Part shown: positions 57,587-64,000 of the stretch, in pieces
Layout of the letters: the number at the start of each line of letters is the position of its first letter
Numbering within the stretch: the stretch's first letter is position 1
Origin: Candidatus Omnitrophota bacterium
GTDB lineage: Bacteria > Omnitrophota > Gorgyraeia > Zapsychrales > JAHFFX01
Direction: 5' to 3'
Assembly: GCA_023247705.1 (NCBI GenBank)
Contig: JAHFFY010000004.1
Span: 2,561 to 66,560, forward strand
Length of the DNA: 64,000 bases
Notes under the pieces: model-generated
The model's input: only the letters and a program-made list of their open reading frames with translations
Database searches by the model: none
What the model was told of the DNA's origin: nothing
Program-made: the position numbers and the translations under genes

Positions 57587-58201
57587 ATGATGACGACCAT
57601 CACCAAAGAAGATATCCAGAGGTTCGAAAAAGAGATCGCCGATATTTTTGCCACCGGGGCGATCCGGGCGCCGGTTCATCTGCGTTCCGGCCGGGAAGAC
57701 CAGCTGATCGAGATTTTTAAAGCCATCGGGCCTGACGATTATGTGTTTGGTTATTGGGATTCCCATGAGCTGGCGTTGCTCAAGGGGGTTCCCTATGAGG
57801 TCTTGAAACAGGCGGTTGTCGACGGAAAAAGCATTTCGTTGTGCTTTCCGGAATACAAAGTTCTTTGCTCCGGGATCGCGGGAAGCCTGATGGGCGCGGC
57901 GACGGGTGTCGCGTGGGCGCTCAAGAGACAGAATAAACCCGGCAAGGCGTATCTTTTTTGCGGCGATATGTCCGCAGAGACGGGAAGTTTTCACGAAGCG
58001 GTCAAGTACGCGGTCAATTATGATTTACCGGTTAAATTTGTCGTTTGTGATAACGGGGTCAGTGTCATGACCAATACGCGGGAGGTGTGGGGGTGCAACG
58101 ACCCCTGGTTCAAGAATACCAAATACGCGGATAAAATCATTTATTTCAAATACACGAACGGTTATCCCCATTCCGGATTAGGAAAGTTGATCAAATTCTA
58201 A
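57587..58201 (+). CDS. ThDP-dependent E1-alpha-like subunit (minimal)
   Basis: PVHL..G.E and the ThDP-binding motif GD...(FHEA)...DN. Confidence 0.85.
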   Translation: MMTTITKEDIQRFEKEIADIFATGAIRAPVHLRSGREDQLIEIFKAIGPDDYVFGYWDSHELALLKGVPYEVLKQAVVDGKSISLCFPEYKVLCSGIAGSLMGAATGVAWALKRQNKPGKAYLFCGDMSAETGSFHEAVKYAVNYDLPVKFVVCDNGVSVMTNTREVWGCNDPWFKNTKYADKIIYFKYTNGYPHSGLGKLIKF

Positions 58202-58287
58202 TGCCGCGTAACAGTTTTTTTTCAAGAGAAACGCGGCATAGTGTCGCATCCAACTGTTCAACAATTCAGAAAATGCGGTATTAAACT

Positions 58288-58824
58288 ATGAAATACTTCG
58301 ATGAAATCAAAAGAACGATGGAGTGGGTGGCCTCCCAACCCAAAACAATTTTTCTCGGCCAGACGGTCGCCGGTCCCGGGACGTTTATGTTTTCAACTTT
58401 GAAAGATATTCCGCCGGATAAAGCCCTGGAAATGCCGGTCAATGAAAGTTTTCAAATGCAGTTTTCAATCGGGTTGGCCTTGGCGGGTTATCTGCCGATC
58501 TCGGTTTATCCTCGGCAGAATTTTTTGTTGTTGGCGACGGCGGACATGGTCAATATGCTGGACAAGATCCCTGCGATCAGTTCCCATAAACTCGTTCCCA
58601 AAGTGATTGTTCGGGTCGCCAGCGGCCCTGACGCGCCGGTCCATCCCGGGCACCAGCATGTGGGGAATTACGCCGAAGGTTTTCGCAAGATGTTTAGCTG
58701 GATCGAAGTGGTGGAGCTGAATGAACCAGAAGATGTATTCCCGGCGTACAAGAAGGCGGTCGAACGGGAAGACGGAAAATCGACCCTGATGATCGAGCAT
58801 GGGAATTTTTATAATCAAAAATGA
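58288..58824 (+). CDS. E1-beta / transketolase pyrimidine-binding domain protein (no C-terminal domain)
   Basis: IFLGQ, EMPVNE, IGLALAG and GHQH motifs. Confidence 0.82.
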   Translation: MKYFDEIKRTMEWVASQPKTIFLGQTVAGPGTFMFSTLKDIPPDKALEMPVNESFQMQFSIGLALAGYLPISVYPRQNFLLLATADMVNMLDKIPAISSHKLVPKVIVRVASGPDAPVHPGHQHVGNYAEGFRKMFSWIEVVELNEPEDVFPAYKKAVEREDGKSTLMIEHGNFYNQK

Positions 58825-59144
58825 TTAGACCCGGAAAAAAGAAATTAACTAAAGAAGATGTCTTAAATATTTTAAAAGAAGAACAGTCATTTCTTAAAAG
58901 ACGCTATGATGTGAAGAAAATAGCCATTTTTGGATCTTTTGCCAAAGGCCGCCCGAAGGCAAAGAGTGATGTCGATATTTTTGTAGAGTTTGGTACCCCT
59001 AAAGCGCGGAATTTCTTTGGATTGATTGATTATCTTGAAAAAAGATTTGGCCGTGAGGTGGATATTTTGACCCCTGGTGCGATGCAGACAATGCGCGTTG
59101 GCCGAATAGCAGAGGATATTAAGAGGACCATGGTGGATGTCTAA
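58821..59144 (+). CDS. MNT minimal nucleotidyltransferase antitoxin
   Basis: FGSFAKG...SDVDI and REVD motifs. Confidence 0.9.
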   Translation: MIRPGKKKLTKEDVLNILKEEQSFLKRRYDVKKIAIFGSFAKGRPKAKSDVDIFVEFGTPKARNFFGLIDYLEKRFGREVDILTPGAMQTMRVGRIAEDIKRTMVDV

Positions 59145-59496
59145 AAGAGATGACATCGACTTGTTGTATGATATTCAAGAGGCCATCAGAACAATCCTTT
59201 CCTACAGTAGCGAGTTTACTTTTAATCAATTTCTGAAAGACCGCCAAACTAAAGACGCAGTGATCCGTAATTTTGAAATTATCGGAGAAGCCTCTAAATC
59301 TGCCTCAGAAAAGTTAAAGACAAGATACAAAGATATTGAATGGAAGGAAATGGCCAGGTTTCGAGATAAATTGCTTCACCATTATTTTGGTATTGATTAC
59401 GCGTTGGTATGGGATGTGATTCGAGATATTTTGCCTTCGATGATCATTCAGATTAATGAGGCTATTCTGAAAGAAAGTAAAGGCGATAGAGCATGA
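59137..59496 (+). CDS. HEPN/HepT-like ribonuclease toxin (DUF86)
   Basis: AVIRNFEIIGEA and the RX4HXY motif (RDKLLHHY). Confidence 0.92.
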   Translation: MSKRDDIDLLYDIQEAIRTILSYSSEFTFNQFLKDRQTKDAVIRNFEIIGEASKSASEKLKTRYKDIEWKEMARFRDKLLHHYFGIDYALVWDVIRDILPSMIIQINEAILKESKGDRA

Positions 59497-59616
59497 GGAT
59501 GGAAAGCTGTCATTATTTATGTGTTGGGGACGATATCGTTTGGGGGAATTAGAAAATCCAGCCGATGTTTTTTCCAAAATTGATACAATGACCCGCAAAG
59601 AAGACGATTCTCAGTA

Positions 59617-60546
59617 ATGGATAGACAGTCTAAAATCTTGATCATCGGTCACAACGATGCAGTCGAAAATTCGCTTCAGCATTATTTTGTATCCAATCAG
59701 TATCTGCAGATTTTTTCTTCCTCGCGCATTGCGCTCGATTTGTTAAATCAAAAAGCGGTGTTTAATTTTTTTGAAAAAACCAAGGTGGACTATGTCTTCC
59801 TGGGGTCGGTCCGTTCCGGGGGGATCGGGGCCAACCAAAAATACGCCGCGGAATTTATTTATGAAAATCTAGAGAGCCAGAACAATGTGATCCAGGCGGC
59901 CTATAAGTCCGGCGTCAAAAAACTCCTTTATTTCACCGGCTCCTGCACATATCCCAAGAAGTGCCGTCAACCGATGAAGGAAGAATATCTTCTGACCGGA
60001 CGTCTTGAGGAAACAAGCGAACCTTACTCCGTTGCGAAAATCGCCGGGACAAAACTTTGCCAAACGTATAATAAACAGTACGGATTCAAGGCGATCGTCG
60101 CCGTGCCGGCAACGATCTACGGCCCCGGGAGCGACATGGATCTGGAAACGGCGCATGTGATGGGTGCTATGCTTACGAAATTTCATAAGGCGGTGGTCAA
60201 AAAGGAAAAAGAAGTGGTCATCTGGGGAACCGGCAAACCTCGCCGGGAGTTTATTTATGTTGATGATTTTGTCGCGGCGTGTTTACATCTGATGGATTCT
60301 TACAATGATGTCATGATGATCAATGTGGGTTGCGGTCAAGATCACTCGATTAAGGCCTTGGCGGAAATGATTAAAACTGTTTCGGGATTTAAAGGGAAGA
60401 TCGTTTTTGACCGCTCGAGACCCGACGGCGCCATGAAGAAACTCATGGATAATAAGCGTATTCTGAAACTCGGCTGGAAACCGAAGATCGGTTTAAAAGA
60501 AGGGATCGCTCGAACGTATCAGTGGATGGTTCGGGCTACGAAATAA
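59617..60546 (+). CDS. GDP-L-fucose synthase-like epimerase/reductase
   Basis: GGIGAN, SCTYP, YSVAK, WGTGKPRREF and RPDG motifs; degenerate Gly-rich loop. Confidence 0.88.
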   Translation: MDRQSKILIIGHNDAVENSLQHYFVSNQYLQIFSSSRIALDLLNQKAVFNFFEKTKVDYVFLGSVRSGGIGANQKYAAEFIYENLESQNNVIQAAYKSGVKKLLYFTGSCTYPKKCRQPMKEEYLLTGRLEETSEPYSVAKIAGTKLCQTYNKQYGFKAIVAVPATIYGPGSDMDLETAHVMGAMLTKFHKAVVKKEKEVVIWGTGKPRREFIYVDDFVAACLHLMDSYNDVMMINVGCGQDHSIKALAEMIKTVSGFKGKIVFDRSRPDGAMKKLMDNKRILKLGWKPKIGLKEGIARTYQWMVRATK

Positions 60547-60559
60547 CACAAAAGGGTTT

Positions 60560-60654
60560 CCAGTGCCCCAGTCTCCAGCGTCCCAGTCCTTGATGGAGTT
60601 TTTTAAAATAAGAGGAAACTCACTCAACCGGGGTACTGGAGACTGGGGCACTGG
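60560..60654. repeat. Intergenic inverted repeat with tandem ccagt units
   Basis: ccagtgccccagtctccag (60560-78) and ctggagactggggcactgg (60636-54) form a perfect 19-bp IR. Confidence 0.85.
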
Positions 60655-60687
60655 GGAACCTATTTAGAAAAATAAAAATATACTGGA

Positions 60688-61629
60688 GTGAAGAAAATGA
60701 ACATACTAGTCACCGGCGGTGCGGGATACATTGGTTCTGTTTTGGTCCCGACTCTGTTAAGAGAAAAGCATAAGGTTACGGTCCTCGATAATTTTATGTA
60801 CAACCAATCGTCGCTTTTGGATTGCTGTTATGATCCTCAACTGACCATTGTCCGCGGAGATACCCGCGACAAAAGCCTTATAACCAAGTTGCTGAAAGAT
60901 GCGGACGCGATTTTTCCATTGGCCTGTTTGACCGGGGCCCCGTTATGCGCGAGAGATCCGGTTGGGGCGGAAACGATTCTTTTGGATGCCATTAAAATGA
61001 TTCTAAAATTGCGCAGCCGTAATCAGGTGATCATTTTTCCAACCACCAACAGCGGATACGGGGTGGGACAAAAGGGAAAATTTTGCACGGAAGAAACCCC
61101 ATTGAAGCCGATTTCTTTGTACGGTCAACTGAAAGTCAGCGCGGAAAATGAGCTGTTGGAGGCCGGCAACGCGATCACGCTGCGTTTGGCCACGGCCTTC
61201 GGGATCAGCCTGCGGATGAGGCTGGATCTTCTGGTCAATGATTTCACGTACCGGGCCGTTTATGACCGTTTTGTCGTCTTATTTGAGGCCAATTTCAAAC
61301 GAAATTACATTCACGTCAGGGATATTTCAAAAGCCTTCATACATTCTTTGAATCATTTTGACAAAATGAAAAACCAACCCTATAATGTGGGCTTGAGCGA
61401 CGCGAATTTGAGCAAATTGGAACTCTGCGAGGAGATCAAAAAGCAAGTTCCGGCATTTTATTTTGTGGAATCGAAGATCGGCGAAGATCCGGACAAAAGA
61501 GATTACATCGTCAGTAACGAAAAGATCGAGAAGACCGGTTTTAAGCCCGATGTCTCCTTGTCCAAAGGGATTGCGGAGCTGGTGAAGGGCTACCAAGTGA
61601 TCAAAAGGAATCAATACGCTAATATTTAA
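60688..61629 (+). CDS. NAD-dependent nucleotide-sugar epimerase/dehydratase
   Basis: GGAGYIG, YGQLK, RLATAFG and MRLDLLVND motifs. Confidence 0.92.
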   Translation: MKKMNILVTGGAGYIGSVLVPTLLREKHKVTVLDNFMYNQSSLLDCCYDPQLTIVRGDTRDKSLITKLLKDADAIFPLACLTGAPLCARDPVGAETILLDAIKMILKLRSRNQVIIFPTTNSGYGVGQKGKFCTEETPLKPISLYGQLKVSAENELLEAGNAITLRLATAFGISLRMRLDLLVNDFTYRAVYDRFVVLFEANFKRNYIHVRDISKAFIHSLNHFDKMKNQPYNVGLSDANLSKLELCEEIKKQVPAFYFVESKIGEDPDKRDYIVSNEKIEKTGFKPDVSLSKGIAELVKGYQVIKRNQYANI

Positions 61630-61757
61630 GAGAATATATCTCCTTCCCAAAAAGGATTCAAATATTTCAATAAATAACTCATCCATGGTTCTTGAGCTTT
61701 CCTCAATTAAAGAAAAGATCAATAACCCCAAAACAGGAAATCCATTCTAAAAATCAT

Positions 61758-63272
61758 ATGAAATCATTAGATATTTTATTTATCCATCCCAACGCCGCCC
61801 ATAAGATTTATCAAGAGTTAAGTGAAACCTATTCCGCCATCGAACCGCCGATCTGGGCGGGGATGTTGACGTCGCATTGTTTAAAAAGAGGGTTTGCCGC
61901 GGACATCATCGACTGTGAAGCCCTGCAGCTGGAGGACGCCCAGGCGGTCGAACAAATTTCCAGCCTCAACCCGCGCGTCGCTTGTTTTGTCGTCTATGGT
62001 CAACAGCCCAGCGCGAGTTCGCAGAATATGGAAGGCGCTGTTTCGCTGGCTGAGGGATTGAAGAAGGCACGGCCGGATATCAAAATTCTGTTTGTCGGCG
62101 GGCATATTGCGGCTTTGCCCCGCGAGGTCATGGAACGGCATGCGTTTATCGACATGGTTTGCCAGAACGAAGGGGTTTATACCATTTCCACCTTATTGAA
62201 AACGAACCTCAAAGACCAGCTCGGCGAAGTGAATGGATTGGGATATCGCGACAACGGCCATATCGTATTGAACAAGCCGTCCGCGATCGTTGCGAAGGAA
62301 GATCTCCATCGGGAAATGCCGGGAATTGTCTGGGATAAGCTCCCGATGGGTAAATACCGGACTGCGCTCTGGCACGCCCTGCCCAATAGTTCTCAACGTT
62401 TGCCTTTTGCCGCGCTGTACACCAGCTTGGGCTGTCCGATGAAATGTTCTTTTTGCATGATCAATATCATTAACCGGCAGGAAAACGAATATTCCGACGG
62501 GAGTGCTGTTTTCCGTTATTGGGAACCGGATTTCATAATCCAAGAATTCGACCGTTTGGCCCAAATGGGTATAAAAAATATTAAGATTGCCGACGAGTTA
62601 TTTGTTTTGAACGCCAACCACTTCATGCGGTTGTGTGAACTCATTATTTCGCGAGGGTATAATTTTAATATCTGGTGTTATTCGCGCATCGATACCGTTA
62701 AAGAGAAATTTCTGGAGACTTTAAAGAAGGCGGGCGTTAATTATCTGGCCTTGGGCATCGAGAGCGGAAATACGAATGTCCGTCGGGACGTGACCAAGGG
62801 GAAATTCGAGGACGTTGATATCCGCGGGATCGTCAAAAAGATCCGCGATCACGGCATCAATGTCGCCGCCAATTATATTTTCGGTCTTCCGGAAGACAAT
62901 CATGAAACCATGCAATCGACGTTAGATCTGGCGTTGGAATTGAATACGGAGATGGCGAATTTTTATTCGGCGATGGCATATCCCGGCAGTCCGTTGTACG
63001 GTGTCGCAAAGAAAGAAGGCTGGAAGCTCCCTGATTCGTACGCCGGTTTCTCGCAACATTCTTATTATACGCAGCCATTACCGACAAAATATCTTTCAGC
63101 CCAGCAGGTTTTGACCTTTCGCGACAAGGCCTGGATGACTTATCATACGAACTCCAGATTTTTAGATTTATTAAAAGGAAAATTCGGCCAGGTTGCCGTC
63201 GATGAAACTTTAAAATCAACCAAGATCAAATTGAAACGTAAAATCCTGGAAACGGCAGGTTCAGTCCAATAA
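61758..63272 (+). CDS. Cobalamin-binding radical SAM enzyme
   Basis: N-terminal B12-binding region (EPPIW...GGH), GCPMKCSFC, GIESG and YPGSPLY motifs; ATG at 61758. Confidence 0.93.
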   Translation: MKSLDILFIHPNAAHKIYQELSETYSAIEPPIWAGMLTSHCLKRGFAADIIDCEALQLEDAQAVEQISSLNPRVACFVVYGQQPSASSQNMEGAVSLAEGLKKARPDIKILFVGGHIAALPREVMERHAFIDMVCQNEGVYTISTLLKTNLKDQLGEVNGLGYRDNGHIVLNKPSAIVAKEDLHREMPGIVWDKLPMGKYRTALWHALPNSSQRLPFAALYTSLGCPMKCSFCMINIINRQENEYSDGSAVFRYWEPDFIIQEFDRLAQMGIKNIKIADELFVLNANHFMRLCELIISRGYNFNIWCYSRIDTVKEKFLETLKKAGVNYLALGIESGNTNVRRDVTKGKFEDVDIRGIVKKIRDHGINVAANYIFGLPEDNHETMQSTLDLALELNTEMANFYSAMAYPGSPLYGVAKKEGWKLPDSYAGFSQHSYYTQPLPTKYLSAQQVLTFRDKAWMTYHTNSRFLDLLKGKFGQVAVDETLKSTKIKLKRKILETAGSVQ

Positions 63273-63273
63273 T

Positions 63274-64000
63274 ATGATCATCAGTCGAACCCCCTTTCGA
63301 GTCTCTTTTTTCGGCGGAGGCACAGATTATCCGCAATGGTTCTGTGACCATAAAGGTGCGGTTCTGGCCACGACGATCGATAAATATTGTTATATCACCT
63401 GCCGTTATCTGCCGCCATTTTTTGATCATAAATCCAGAATCATTTATTCCAAGATGGAGCATGTTCAAAACGTAAATGAGATCGACCATCCCGCAGTCCG
63501 GGAAGTCTTAAAATTTTTGAAGATTTCTGAAGGGATCGAAATTCATCACGATGGAGATTTGCCGGCGAGAACGGGTTTGGGTTCGAGTTCTTCTTTTACG
63601 GTTGGACTGCTTAACGGTCTTTATGCCCTGAAAGGAATCATGCCGACCAAAGAACGGTTGGCGAAAGAAGCAATATATATCGAACAGGAGAAATGCAAAG
63701 AGAATGTCGGCTGCCAGGACCAGACCTTGGCCGCTTTCGGCGGCATCAGTTATATCGAATTCGGCGGGCAGGAGTTGATCCGCGTTCAGAAAGTCACGAT
63801 GCCCGTTGATCGGATCCAGAATTTACGCGCGCATATGATGCTGTATTTCACCGGGTTTTCCCGCATGGCTTCCGAGATCGCCGCCCATCAGATCAGGAAT
63901 ATCCCGAAAAAGAAATCCGAACTGACCACCATGTATAAACTGACCCTCGAGGCGATCAAGATCCTCAACGGAACGAATATACTTAAGTTCGGAAAGCTTT
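63274..64000 (+). CDS. GHMP kinase, D-glycero-D-manno-heptose-7-phosphate kinase (HddA-like); 3'-truncated and absent from the ORF track
   Basis: My translation: MIISRTPFRVSFFGGGTDYP...DLPARTGLGSSSSF...VGCQDQ; open to the window end. Confidence 0.92.
   Translation, partial: MIISRTPFRVSFFGGGTDYPQWFCDHKGAVLATTIDKYCYITCRYLPPFFDHKSRIIYSKMEHVQNVNEIDHPAVREVLKFLKISEGIEIHHDGDLPARTGLGSSSSFTVGLLNGLYALKGIMPTKERLAKEAIYIEQEKCKENVGCQDQTLAAFGGISYIEFGGQELIRVQKVTMPVDRIQNLRAHMMLYFTGFSRMASEIAAHQIRNIPKKKSELTTMYKLTLEAIKILNGTNILKFGKL

Noticed and set aside
57587-58824. Pyruvate dehydrogenase complex
   Set aside because: The subunits are too short, no E2 or E3 is present and the context is a glycan locus; lipA at 9866 is unlinked.
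59497-59616. Tiny ORF (MCWGRY...DDSQ) ending at the Fcl-like start
   Set aside because: About 32 codons with no clear RBS or motif; not supportable.

Overview
A 64-kb, gene-dense bacterial chromosomal segment. About 60 CDS lie on the + strand and only two on the - strand. The organism is a diderm (LptD, MlaEFD, YdbH-YnbE-YdbL-like genes). The giant protein ending in a 'GGIDLNP' tail suggests Candidatus Omnitrophota; this is an inference from my recollection of that lineage, not a database result. The window opens inside a giant (>2,270 aa) membrane-anchored protein that fuses a transglutaminase-like Cys/His module, a degenerate beta-propeller-like repeat region and a DUF58-like module. A housekeeping and envelope block follows (trxA, panD, def, lipA, mla, greA, GT-C enzymes, hybrid kinase/Hpt, ferritin), then a CIRCE-controlled hrcA-grpE-dnaK-dnaJ operon and an accD / malK-like / two-GGDEF / ROK / lptD block. 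The window ends in a large surface-glycan locus (ugd, rfbC/A/B, WbpA-like, UXS, SxtIJK-like carbamoylation trio, minimal ThDP E1 alpha/beta pair, MNT-HEPN toxin-antitoxin, Fcl-like, cobalamin radical SAM, HddA-like kinase cut by the right edge). I found no rRNA, tRNA, CRISPR array or transposase. The best candidates for undescribed biology are the giant fusion protein and its tail, a dispersed family of intergenic inverted repeats built from 7-9-nt units, a possibly switchable leader upstream of the malK-GGDEF operon, and the branched/methylated/carbamoylated sugar pathway. All domain calls are by-eye motif recognition; no searches were run.
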